From positions 96,001-160,000 of the forward strand of contig JBHLNF010000007.1 in the NCBI GenBank assembly GCA_048937405.1: 64,000 nucleotides of DNA, in the 5' to 3' direction. The notes under the pieces are model-generated. The model was not told where the DNA came from. It made no database searches and saw nothing but the letters and a program-made list of their open reading frames with translations. A program made the position numbers and the translations under genes. How positions within the stretch are numbered: position 1 is the first letter of the stretch; each line of letters opens with the position of its first letter. Source of the DNA: Promethearchaeota archaeon. GTDB lineage: Archaea; Asgardarchaeota; Lokiarchaeia; Sigyniarchaeales; SOKP01. Below, in pieces: positions 31,278 to 40,771 of this stretch.

Positions 31278-31381
31278 CGGGCTATGAGGGAATTTCGCGC
31301 TCACCATTCTTTAAAGAGCGATTCGAACCCCCGACCTGCCGGTTAAGAGCCGGTTGCGCTACCTGCCTGCGCCAATAGCCC
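31278..31381 (-). tRNA. tRNA-Lys(CTT) with a 30-nt T-loop intron (59/60) at 31292-31321
   Basis: Acceptor GGGCUAU/AUAGCCC; loop CU-CUU-AA; BHB UUCG/CGAA with bulges AAU/AUU and inner CGCUC/GAGCG. Confidence 0.95.
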
Positions 31382-31420
31382 ATATATTATACCATATATT
31401 ACCGATTGAAAGCTATAATA

Positions 31421-31522
31421 CGCAGATGGAGGGACTCGAACCCCCGAGCGCTCACGCGCACCGGCTCACTCGGTTGTGAAAAACACTCAAGGCCGGCGTC
31501 TTACCAGCTAGGCTACATCTGC
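31421..31522 (-). tRNA. tRNA-Ser(TGA) with a canonical 19-nt 37/38 intron at 31467-31485
   Basis: Acceptor GCAGAUG/CAUCUGC, long variable arm, CCGGC-CUUGAG|A-GCCGG; BHB CUUG/CGAG. Confidence 0.93.
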
Positions 31523-31700
31523 AATTATATAACCATAAATAAATTGTTCATAAATCGTAATTAATGGCTATTAAATTAGAGTATATTCTATAAAATAAAT
31601 TTTTTTCATTTTGTACTGCTTTTAAAACTATTTTCTTGCATTAGATAAAGAAAACTATAAATTTTATGCTACATTGACCTCTAATTGAGTTGGGTAAGAA

Positions 31701-32189
31701 ATGAGCGCGGCAAAGGATTTTCGTTATTTAATACCTGAAAGTTTATTCAAAGAGATTACTCAAAAGGCAGCGGAAGAGTACCCTATGATAGTTCATGGGT
31801 GGTTGTTTGCCGATCGTAAAGAAAATTTTGGAATCTGCAAAAAGTTCATTATGAACCCTGATTTACGAAAAAACAAAGTCCATGTCAAACCAAGAAGTTG
31901 GATGCGCTACAAAAAGTCTAAAATCTATAACATGCGCAAGTTTAAAGCCGAACTGGGGGTAGACATTGTATGGATGTGGCATAGTCACCCTTCTGGTAAT
32001 GACAAACTTCATACAATTGATAAAAGAATATTAAAATATTTATCTAATGGTGTTATGATTATCGTAGTACCTCCAGTTCCAGATAAAACACCAGAACAAA
32101 AAGCTCATTTAGTAGGCTGGTATTACGATAAACGATACACAAAAAAACCAATCATCGAAAAAATGGTTTTTGAGATAATTTCTGAATAG
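31701..32189 (+). CDS. JAB/MPN (JAMM-like) domain protein
   Basis: EEYP...GWL; WMWHSHPSGNDKLHTID. Confidence 0.7.
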   Translation: MSAAKDFRYLIPESLFKEITQKAAEEYPMIVHGWLFADRKENFGICKKFIMNPDLRKNKVHVKPRSWMRYKKSKIYNMRKFKAELGVDIVWMWHSHPSGNDKLHTIDKRILKYLSNGVMIIVVPPVPDKTPEQKAHLVGWYYDKRYTKKPIIEKMVFEIISE

Positions 32190-32278
32190 AAAGTATTTTT
32201 AAATAGTTTAATTTCTTTTTCCTTTATTTTTTTGAGTTTTATAATAAAATATTAAAGTGTTATATTTGATGTATCAAA

Positions 32279-32391
32279 CGCTCAGGGTGGGATTTTCCAA
32301 AATATGCTAAATGCAACATTTTTTCGAACCCACGAATCCATTGGACACCGGTTTAGCAGACCGGCGCTCTACCAGGCTAAGCGACCTGAGC
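32279..32391 (-). tRNA. tRNA-Ser(GCT) with a 30-nt T-loop intron at about 32293-32322
   Basis: Acceptor GCUCAGG/CCUGAGC, CCGGU-CUGCUAA-ACCGG; T-loop region is 37 nt instead of 7; relaxed BHB (UUCG/GGAA). Confidence 0.93.
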
Positions 32392-32485
32392 AGGAACTTA
32401 AAAAGAAATGCTGTAATTGAATTAATTTAAATTCAATTATTTTATAAATAACAATTAAAAACTTTAATAATTTTTGTTTTGATAC

Positions 32486-32677
32486 TTACTCTTTGCCTTC
32501 TTTAATATCCTTTTTAGACCAATATCCTCTCGGTGGAGTGTTAATATCCCAGATTTTGCACCATTTACATATAGTATGGTCCGAGACTTGATTTTTTTTG
32601 GCAATTTCTGTCTTCGACATCTTCCATACAAGTTCTTTAAGTTATTCCTTGTTTAATTTAAATTTTCTTTTTGAATG
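32486..32677 (-). pseudogene. remnant of an HTH module of the kind seen in mobile endonuclease-type proteins
   Basis: HSKRKFKLNKE*LKELVWKMSKTEIAKKNQVSDHTICKWCKIWDINTPPRGYWSKK; internal stop at 32642-32644. Confidence 0.55.
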
Positions 32678-32804
32678 AATTTATAATGTTTCTTACTATT
32701 CTTTAATATGTTTTGGATGATTTCATATTTTAAAAGAGAAACCAGTGAAGAAAGCGCTATTTCTAGTTAGAATAATATTTAGAAAAAATGGTAAAAATAA
32801 AAAA

Positions 32805-34319
32805 TTAGAGTTTATAAAAATCTGCCCAGACCATTCGCTCTTCCTTAAAAGGATCATCGACTAATTTTACTTCAGGTCCAAAGAACATTGTGGACCTATT
32901 TTCAATGTCATAAGGATTCCATTTGGAAATACCCTCATGGTTAGGATTACCGTTTTGAGCAAATGAAATCCAAGAGCTCATCATCTTTTCACTCAGAATA
33001 TCGGTTTCTTTACTTCTTTTTGGATAAATCAAACTTGCTTTATCGCCAAGTGTTCCAAAAACAAACTCAATTTCGAGGGCATGACACGCACCTAAAATTC
33101 CTCCCATTTCAGGTGTTTTATAAGTAAAAAGATAAGAATAGACATTAGGTTGGTGTTTAAATTGAGCTTCTGCTAATCGTATAGCAGACATTCTAAATCT
33201 GAAATCTGTTGATATTGCGTCTAAAATATCCTGAGGGTTTGTTGGTAGTTTTCCCTCCCGTGCTTTTTTATATGTCTCGATAATTTTCCGAGCCACTGCT
33301 TCATCTTGATTAAAAAGACGTATCATCCTATGGGTACTATTAAATAAGCCCTCTTCGCTAAGTATTTCCCTTGAAGGCATTAAAGCTGTATATAGTTTCG
33401 CTTCATCCTGGTTTGTACCAACAATAAGTTCCACATCGGAGGCAAATCCTTCACGAAGTGCTTCAAGGGGATGTTTTGGCAATGTTTTTTTATCGATATA
33501 AACACCGTATGGAAAATTTCTTCCTGTTGCACGAGCTTCCAACTCCATTTTCGTTTGGACTTCTACTATTTTTTGTGTTGGGACCTTTTTTAATGCTTCA
33601 ATGTTGATTTTTTTTATACCTAAAGTTGTCATAATACGTTCAGCGCCTCTGGTTCCATTTTCAGGTTTATACCATAGAGGATGAGCTGCTCCACTTTGAG
33701 AAATTACCCGATTAAATAAACCTTTTGCTGGAGGCATAGCCAATAAAGTAGAAACTGCTGCTCCACCAGCTGATTCACCAAAAATTGTCACATTGTTTGG
33801 ATCACCTCCAAAAAGCATGACATTATCTCGAACCCATTGAAGTGCGGTGATTTGATCCAATTGTCCTAAATTCGCAATTTCGTCTTGAATGAAAATATAC
33901 CCGAATATTCCAAGACGATAATTTATTGAAATGACTACAACATCACCAAATTTGACCATATTAGTTCCATTCGTAAGTGAACCACTACCAAAAGAAAATC
34001 CCCCCCCATGTATCCAAAATAGAACGGGTCGCTTCATATCATCTATTCCTGGTGTCCACACATTTAAGGTTAAACATTTTTCTTCATCTTGTGGTGGGCG
34101 TGGCTTAGGAGTAAATGGTGAATCTCTCTGAGGTACTTCAGGACCGAATTTTGTACAATCGAGAATACCACTCCAAGGCTTTTTTCGGATTGAGGGTTTG
34201 AATCTTAGTTCTCCAACAGGTGGTTCTGCATATGGAATTCCTTTGAAGATATTTATCCCATCTGCTTCATATCCTTTAATTTTGCCCTGTTTGATTTCAA
34301 TAATTATCTCTTTTTCCAT
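32805..34319 (-). CDS. type-B carboxylesterase/lipase
   Basis: FKGIPYAEPPVGELRF, WIHGGGF, FGGDPNNVTIFGESAG, GACHALE. Confidence 0.95.
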   Translation of the reverse strand: MEKEIIIEIKQGKIKGYEADGINIFKGIPYAEPPVGELRFKPSIRKKPWSGILDCTKFGPEVPQRDSPFTPKPRPPQDEEKCLTLNVWTPGIDDMKRPVLFWIHGGGFSFGSGSLTNGTNMVKFGDVVVISINYRLGIFGYIFIQDEIANLGQLDQITALQWVRDNVMLFGGDPNNVTIFGESAGGAAVSTLLAMPPAKGLFNRVISQSGAAHPLWYKPENGTRGAERIMTTLGIKKINIEALKKVPTQKIVEVQTKMELEARATGRNFPYGVYIDKKTLPKHPLEALREGFASDVELIVGTNQDEAKLYTALMPSREILSEEGLFNSTHRMIRLFNQDEAVARKIIETYKKAREGKLPTNPQDILDAISTDFRFRMSAIRLAEAQFKHQPNVYSYLFTYKTPEMGGILGACHALEIEFVFGTLGDKASLIYPKRSKETDILSEKMMSSWISFAQNGNPNHEGISKWNPYDIENRSTMFFGPEVKLVDDPFKEERMVWADFYKL

Positions 34320-34759
34320 TATTATACCATCAATTTAAATTATTTCAGTGTTATTTTTAAATATACTTATAAATAAAATTCTCTTATGAACTAAAATCTT
34401 TAGGAATTTTATCATCAATTTAATTTTTAGATCATTTAATTGCATTTTCGTTAGATTTTCTACTCTCAACAGTTGCTCCCTAAAATTAAAAAAAAAAAAT
34501 TTGTATTGCAAGTTTAAAACCAATGATAATAGTATCCTCATATAATTTGGAAAGTTATATATTTTGGGTTGAGCTCCCTGAATAAGAAAGATATTTTATA
34601 GAAAAATCGTTTTAGACTAGTAATTCGGAAAAGAAGAAAGCAAAATTTTGATGTTCCTTATTTTTACAAAGAATCATTAAAGAGATGTCATAAAAAAGCT
34701 TTTTATACAAAAATTTTAATTAAAGTCAAAATTAATCCTTATTATAAATTTATTAAATT

Positions 34760-34925
34760 GGGCCAGTGGTCTAGTGGTTATGGTTCAATTTTTTTAAAAA
34801 CTTGAATAATAGACGTCGCGCTAATTTAATAGTAAATATATTAAATCGTGACTACACCGCGAAGGTCGAGAGTTCAATTAGAAAAAAAAATTCTTTTCTT
34901 CTTGGAATCCTCTCCTGGCCCACCA
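34760..34925 (+). tRNA. tRNA-Val(TAC) with three 30-nt introns (34783-34812, 34823-34852, 34879-34908); CCA encoded
   Basis: Spliced: GGGCCAGUGGUCUAGUGGUUAUG|ACGUCGCGCU|UACACCGCGAAGGUCGAGAGUUCAAU|CCUCUCCUGGCCCACCA; each junction is a BHB. Confidence 0.93.
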
Positions 34926-34938
34926 TTTTTTTTTCATA

Positions 34939-35721
34939 TTAGAGGATTTTTTTTATCTTGCTAGGTCTTATTGCACTTAATTTACAATTAGTAAAATTGT
35001 TTCCTACATGAGAAATAATTCCAGGAGCATCAGATCCCTCTTTTAGTAATACTATATTTTCTAAAAATCCAAATCTCTTTACAGTTATAATATCTCTGAA
35101 ATGACCTTTTTTGTTTATTATTTTCTTGAATTGACCTTTAGTTTCACCGCTTAAAAACACACCCTCAATGTTTTCTTCAAGTATTTTCTTATAGAATTCC
35201 AAAGTTTTTGGTGCAATTTCCCCTAGTAATTTATTGTTTATTGTATCAATTTCAGTAATTTTAATATTTACAGGAAAATGATCAATAAAATCATAAGCAT
35301 CAATAATTTGTTTTAAAGATCTCTCCTTTCCTTGACATAATTGTTTTCTTAAAGTATGTAAATTTATAAGAACATCTGCATGTGGATTTACAATGGCACA
35401 ATCAACAAACAGACCGAATCCAACTTTCCCTACATCAACTAACGATCCCCTATATTCCTTGCCCACCTTAATATCCTTAAATTCATTAACGCTTCCGATT
35501 TCTTTCTTTAATAAATTATAGATAAACCTTTCTTCTGGACCACTGATTGTAATCTCGAATCTTTTATCAAATTTTCTTAATTTCTTAATCATTATTGAAG
35601 TCTGTAAAAACCCCTTTATGTGTTCTTTCAAATATTTAAGATATCTAAGGTAAATATCTTCTTTCTTTCCTCGATTCGAGATATTATAGACTTTATCAAA
35701 TAATACTAACTTTTGTACCAT
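34939..35721 (-). CDS. DUF2110-like archaeal protein (S1/OB-like segment)
   Basis: YRGSLVDVGKVGFGLFVD...DAPGII pattern. Confidence 0.65.
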   Translation of the reverse strand: MVQKLVLFDKVYNISNRGKKEDIYLRYLKYLKEHIKGFLQTSIMIKKLRKFDKRFEITISGPEERFIYNLLKKEIGSVNEFKDIKVGKEYRGSLVDVGKVGFGLFVDCAIVNPHADVLINLHTLRKQLCQGKERSLKQIIDAYDFIDHFPVNIKITEIDTINNKLLGEIAPKTLEFYKKILEENIEGVFLSGETKGQFKKIINKKGHFRDIITVKRFGFLENIVLLKEGSDAPGIISHVGNNFTNCKLSAIRPSKIKKIL

Positions 35722-35881
35722 AAGAAAACAATATAGTGCTGCTATGAATTAGAACTTAAATATACTAATGAGTTTTAAGAAAAATAGTTTTCTCAAAATC
35801 TTTTTTTCTGAAAAGATTTATATTACAAAATTTTTATCTTTCAATAAATCAAATACAGATTTTTGCGAAAGATGGAATATT

Positions 35882-36253
35882 ATGGAAGAACAAAGATTTA
35901 ATCAATTGATCAATGCCTTAAACGAATATGAAGGTGTGGAAGATGTTTTCTTATTAAATAACCAAGGTGATATAATTTTTAAATCTGGAGATTTTCCTTT
36001 AACGCCTGAGGAAGCTAAAACAATACTCAATTCATGGAAATCTAAAGAACCTTCTCTAACATTTCAGGGATATCGGTTTGCAATTTTAAAAAATGATGAT
36101 ATTCAATTAGCTGCTAAAAATATTGGTGCGGGAAAAGGAAATATTGTTGGTTCAATTACCAAAGAAGGAGATTACCTAGTAGCTCATACTAGAGATGAAG
36201 GAATGATATTATTAGAATGGTCAATTTTCATTAATAAAGTTGCATGGTCCTAA
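35882..36253 (+). CDS. profilin-like protein (123 aa, from ATG 35882)
   Basis: VFLLNNQGDIIFKSGDFPLTPEEAKTIL...SLTFQGYRFAILKNDD...GKGNIV...YLVAH follows the profilin residue pattern. Confidence 0.7.
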   Translation: MEEQRFNQLINALNEYEGVEDVFLLNNQGDIIFKSGDFPLTPEEAKTILNSWKSKEPSLTFQGYRFAILKNDDIQLAAKNIGAGKGNIVGSITKEGDYLVAHTRDEGMILLEWSIFINKVAWS

Positions 36254-36446
36254 TTTGTCCTTAGAATACGATAAACAATACAAATTTTCTCTATATTGTA
36301 TTTTCTATCATATATTATCCCTTTTTTAAAATATTTAAACAAAATATTTATTTTAGGATTTATTACTACTTTTTAACTAATGTAAAATAAAAATTAAAAA
36401 AATAATATAAATAGATAAATATTAAAAACTTTTAAGGTGCATCTAA

Positions 36447-37163
36447 GTGTTCCAACAAGCTGGAAGAGGCTATGATATGGCCATAACCCAATTCTCCCCT
36501 GAAGGTCGGCTTTTTCAAGTTGAATATGCAATTGAAGCCGTCCGACGAGGTACAACTGCAATTGTGTGTAGAAATAAGAATTCTGTTGTATTTGCAGTTG
36601 AAAAGAAAAGTTCAGAACTTCAAGATGATAGTACAGGTTCAGAAAAAATATTTAAAATAGATGATCATATTGGGGTGGCTATTGCGGGATTAACCGCAGA
36701 TGCCCGAGTCTTAATCGATAGAGCCAGGGTTCAAGCCCAAGTAAATATATTAAATTATGATGAAAGAATCTCTGTTAAAGACAGTACACTAAATATATGT
36801 GAATACAAACAGGTCTTCACTCAAAATGCAGGGGTAAGACCATTTGGTGTATCATTTTTAATAGCAGGTATAGATTCTAATGGGCCTTCCTTATATTTAA
36901 CAGACCCTTCTGGAGCGATGTGGTCATATTACTCGTTTGCTATCGGTTCAGGAGCAGCTGAAGCAAGGGCTTACCTTGAAGAGCATTACAATGAGGATAT
37001 GAGTGATGAAGAATTAAAATTATTACCTTTAAGAACGTTAAAAGAGGTAATGGGTGATAATTTAAATAAAAATACATATGATATAGCCTATATATTGAAA
37101 GAAGATAAAACGTTTAGGCTATTAAATTTAGATGAAAAGGAAGAATTGTTAACTAAAGTATAA
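36447..37163 (+). CDS. psmA: proteasome alpha subunit
   Basis: GYDMAITQFSPEGRLFQVEYA, RPFGVSFL. Confidence 0.97.
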   Translation: MFQQAGRGYDMAITQFSPEGRLFQVEYAIEAVRRGTTAIVCRNKNSVVFAVEKKSSELQDDSTGSEKIFKIDDHIGVAIAGLTADARVLIDRARVQAQVNILNYDERISVKDSTLNICEYKQVFTQNAGVRPFGVSFLIAGIDSNGPSLYLTDPSGAMWSYYSFAIGSGAAEARAYLEEHYNEDMSDEELKLLPLRTLKEVMGDNLNKNTYDIAYILKEDKTFRLLNLDEKEELLTKV

Positions 37164-37288
37164 TATCCTTAGGTTGTGAATATAAAGATAAAGGGAATCC
37201 CTTTCATATTTATCTTGTAACATAAGACAAAAGAATTGGAAAACAATAAGTTGAGATAATTCAATCAGTTAATTTGTGACATAATTCT

Positions 37289-38080
37289 ATGATTGATAGG
37301 GCAAGGATTGATTTGGGAGGATATATTATTGGCCGTATTGAGAATTCAGGAAGAGCTTTTGAAATGCTAATGGATCCTGAGAAAGCTTGGGAGGCTAAAA
37401 AAATAATTCGTGAAGAAATCAATACTCGACTGAAAGAAGGAGAAGAAAAATCACGTCTCACCGTAGAAGATCTATTAAATGATAGGAAAATAGATTTAGA
37501 ACTTATTTTTGAGAGCTTTACTGTATTTGAAGACTTACGCAGAGGAAAAAAAGCAACAGATGGAGATATGGAAGCAGTATTTAATACTACAGAGGGAATG
37601 ACAATAGCTGCTCATATTCTATTAGACGGAGAAATACACTGGACAAAAGCTCAACGAGAGGAAGAAATGCAAAAAAAATTAAAACAAATAATAAATATTA
37701 TAAGTAAAAATGCGATAAATCCTCAGAATAAAAAACCTCATCCTTATCAACGAATAGAAAAAGCAATTGAAGAAGCAAATGTTAAAATTGATTTAATGAG
37801 AAATGCTGAAGAGCAAGTTGAAGATGTTGTTAAAAGTATTCGTGCAATTATTCCAATTAGAATAGAGCAAGTGGAGATGGCTATAAAGATTCCATCAGCA
37901 TTTACAGCAAAAGGTTATAATATTGTAGCTCAATATGTTCAAATTAAGAAAGAAGAATGGCAATCTGATGGATCCTGGGTTTCGGTAGTAAGTTTGCCTG
38001 CGGGATTGCAAATGGAACTGATTGATAAATTAAATAAATTAACCCATGGAAGAGTTCAGACAAAAATCTTAAAGGCTTAG
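37289..38080 (+). CDS. ribosome maturation protein SBDS/SDO1
   Basis: INPQNKKPHP, EEWQSDGSW; position in the exosome superoperon. Confidence 0.92.
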   Translation: MIDRARIDLGGYIIGRIENSGRAFEMLMDPEKAWEAKKIIREEINTRLKEGEEKSRLTVEDLLNDRKIDLELIFESFTVFEDLRRGKKATDGDMEAVFNTTEGMTIAAHILLDGEIHWTKAQREEEMQKKLKQIINIISKNAINPQNKKPHPYQRIEKAIEEANVKIDLMRNAEEQVEDVVKSIRAIIPIRIEQVEMAIKIPSAFTAKGYNIVAQYVQIKKEEWQSDGSWVSVVSLPAGLQMELIDKLNKLTHGRVQTKILKA

Positions 38081-38158
38081 CCTAAAAATTTTTAATTTAT
38101 TTTCGTTTGTATTATTTTTTTCATTAGGTTAGGAGAATAACAAAATTATAGAAAAAAT

Positions 38159-38962
38159 GTGAGTAGTATTATGGAAGAAGATGAAGAATCTATAGAAACT
38201 GTCGATGATGATTTTGAAGATTATGAAAATGATGAAGAAGATGTAAGAGATGTTGTAGTTCCTGGAGAAATTCTGACTGAAGATGTTAATAACTACATAC
38301 CAGGAAGGGGAACAATATTAAATAAAGAAAAGAATAAAATTATCTCTTTAAACATTGGTTTAAAACAAATAAAAAAGAATTATATAAATGTTATTCCTCT
38401 TCGGGGATTTTACACACCACGTCCAGGAGATAAGGTTATAGCTTTAGTAGTTGACAAGAACCCTGTTAAATATAAATGTGATATTAATGCAAAAGATTAC
38501 GGTCAACTCAAGCCTAAGAATACAATGAAAAAAGGGAGAGCTAGAGGTTTTAAAGGAGGAGGTTCTTCTCATGAGGAAGTAACTACAGAAAAATTTGATA
38601 TAGGAGATATATTAGTCGTAAAAATACTTTCTGCTGATCGTTTAAATAAACCTGAATTAACTACGGTTGGAAAATACTTAGGAAAAAAGGTAGGAGGAAT
38701 AGTAATATCAATAGATCCACCTAAAATTCCAAGAGTAATTGGTAGAGACGGATCAATGATTAAAATGTTAAAAAATTTAACTAAATGTAATATATTTGTA
38801 ACCCAAAACGGGCGTATTTGGCTGAAAGGTGAAAGTATTGCTCATGAAAGATTGCTTATTGAATCAATCAATAAAATTTCTTTGGAAGCTCACACTGTTG
38901 GGTTAACGGATAGAATGCAAGAGTATATTATAAATGAAAAAAAGAAAAGAGGTATAGAATAG
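38159..38962 (+). CDS. rrp4: exosome RNA-binding subunit Rrp4
   Basis: VVPGE, YTPRPGD, KIPRVIGRDGSMI, QNGRIW. Confidence 0.95.
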   Translation: MSSIMEEDEESIETVDDDFEDYENDEEDVRDVVVPGEILTEDVNNYIPGRGTILNKEKNKIISLNIGLKQIKKNYINVIPLRGFYTPRPGDKVIALVVDKNPVKYKCDINAKDYGQLKPKNTMKKGRARGFKGGGSSHEEVTTEKFDIGDILVVKILSADRLNKPELTTVGKYLGKKVGGIVISIDPPKIPRVIGRDGSMIKMLKNLTKCNIFVTQNGRIWLKGESIAHERLLIESINKISLEAHTVGLTDRMQEYIINEKKKRGIE

Positions 38963-39748
38963 ATGCCGTTAATAATTAAAGACGAGTATCCAGAGACTTT
39001 ATTTCGTAAAGATGGAAAGAGACTTGATGGTAGAGAAGTTGATGAATTAAGACCCATTAAAATGGAAGTTGGAGTAATAAAGAATGCTGATGGATCAGCA
39101 TATCTTGAATGGGGAAATAATAAGATTTTCGCAGCGGTTTATGGTCCTCGAGAAGTACATCCTCATCACCTAGCAAAACCAGATAAAGGCGTCTTAAGAG
39201 TGTTTTATAGAATGGCCACTTTTTCTGTTTTTGATAGAAAAAGACCCGCTCCTGGACGCCGGGAAAAAGAAATTTCTATGATTGTTACTGATTGTATTGA
39301 ACCTTTACTTTTTCTTGAACTTTATCCTGGAACAAGTTTTGAAGTTTTTATCGAAGTAATGGACGCTGATGGCGGTACAAGATGTGCAAGTACTACAGTG
39401 GCAGCATTAGCATTAGCCGATGCGGGAATACCTATGAAAAGTCTAGTGTCAGCACTCGCAGTAGGAAAAATAGATGGAAAGAAAGTATTAGATCTTTCTG
39501 GTATTGAAGATAAAGCCGGAGATGCAGATTTACCAATTGCAATAACTTGGTATAATGAGGAAATTTCATTATTACAATTTGATGGAGATATGGACTTGGA
39601 AGAGATGCATGAATTCTTGGATTTGGCACATAATGGATTGAAAAAAATTCACCAAATTCAATTAGAAGCTTTAAAAAGTAAATATATAAAATTACAAGAA
39701 GAAGTAATCATAACCCAAAAAAATAAAGATACTAAAGGTGATGACTAA
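38963..39748 (+). CDS. rrp41: exosome exonuclease Rrp41
   Basis: RLDGR..ELRP, ADGSAY, VYGPRE, DADGGTR. Confidence 0.97.
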   Translation: MPLIIKDEYPETLFRKDGKRLDGREVDELRPIKMEVGVIKNADGSAYLEWGNNKIFAAVYGPREVHPHHLAKPDKGVLRVFYRMATFSVFDRKRPAPGRREKEISMIVTDCIEPLLFLELYPGTSFEVFIEVMDADGGTRCASTTVAALALADAGIPMKSLVSALAVGKIDGKKVLDLSGIEDKAGDADLPIAITWYNEEISLLQFDGDMDLEEMHEFLDLAHNGLKKIHQIQLEALKSKYIKLQEEVIITQKNKDTKGDD

Positions 39749-39750
39749 AA

Positions 39751-40584
39751 GTGATGGATGTCAAGCGAATAATATCAAAAATCGAAAGAGATTATATAGT
39801 ATCCAATTTGAAAAAAGAAGAAAGAATTGATGATAGAGGTCTTTGGGAATATCGTGATTTTCAGATTAAAAGCGATACTATAACATCAGCAGAAGGTTCA
39901 GCTGATGTATCTTTAGGAGATACAAGAATTATAACTGGATTAAAATATGAAGTAGGTGAACCTTTTCCAGATTTGCCTGATGAAGGGGTTTGTACCATTA
40001 TGGCAGAGTTATTACCAATCGCATCTCCACTCTTTGAAAGAGGACCTCCTGATGAACAATCAATAGAATTAGCAAGAGTAGTAGATCGTGGAATTCGTCA
40101 TGCTGATTGTGTTCAAACAAAAAAACTATGTATTAAAGAAAAAGAAGCTGTTTATATTCTATTTGTTGATATGTATGTAATTAATTACGCCGGAAATTTA
40201 ATTGATGCTGGTGGTGTTAGTGCATTAACTTCATTAATTTCAGCTCATATACCTGAAGGTATTTGGAATGAAGAAAAGAAAGAAACAGAATGGACGGGAA
40301 AATATCTAACTGGAAAAACTATTGTAAATGAATTACCTTTTGTATTAACTTATGGTAAAATTGAAGATATTATCTTCTTAGACCCTAATCTACCAGAAGA
40401 ATTAGTTTGTGATGGAAAAATTTCTATCTCGGTTACAGAAGATAAAATTACTTCAATTCAAAAAAGTGGAGCTGCTACATTTACTATCGATGAAATCAAA
40501 ATGCTAGGAAGTAAATCCTTAGAAATCGGCAAAAATATGAGAAAAGAACTTAATCTTTTACAATATTTAAATGAAATTAAATAA
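39751..40584 (+). CDS. rrp42: exosome subunit Rrp42
   Basis: AEGSA.V.LG.T, GEPFPDLPDEG, ELARVVDRGIR. Confidence 0.96.
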   Translation: MMDVKRIISKIERDYIVSNLKKEERIDDRGLWEYRDFQIKSDTITSAEGSADVSLGDTRIITGLKYEVGEPFPDLPDEGVCTIMAELLPIASPLFERGPPDEQSIELARVVDRGIRHADCVQTKKLCIKEKEAVYILFVDMYVINYAGNLIDAGGVSALTSLISAHIPEGIWNEEKKETEWTGKYLTGKTIVNELPFVLTYGKIEDIIFLDPNLPEELVCDGKISISVTEDKITSIQKSGAATFTIDEIKMLGSKSLEIGKNMRKELNLLQYLNEIK

Positions 40585-40771
40585 TTTCATAAAAAAATTT
40601 TTTTCTTTCTTATTTTAACTTTTTAATTTTTGATATAGTAACTATTTTTTTAAAGATAATTAAGAACATAATCTAAATTAAAAGATTAGTGTAGTAAAAG
40701 ATTTTACTAAAATAGTAAAATTTATAGTTTATTCTATTTTTTAATGTAATATCAATTATTTAATTCTAATT

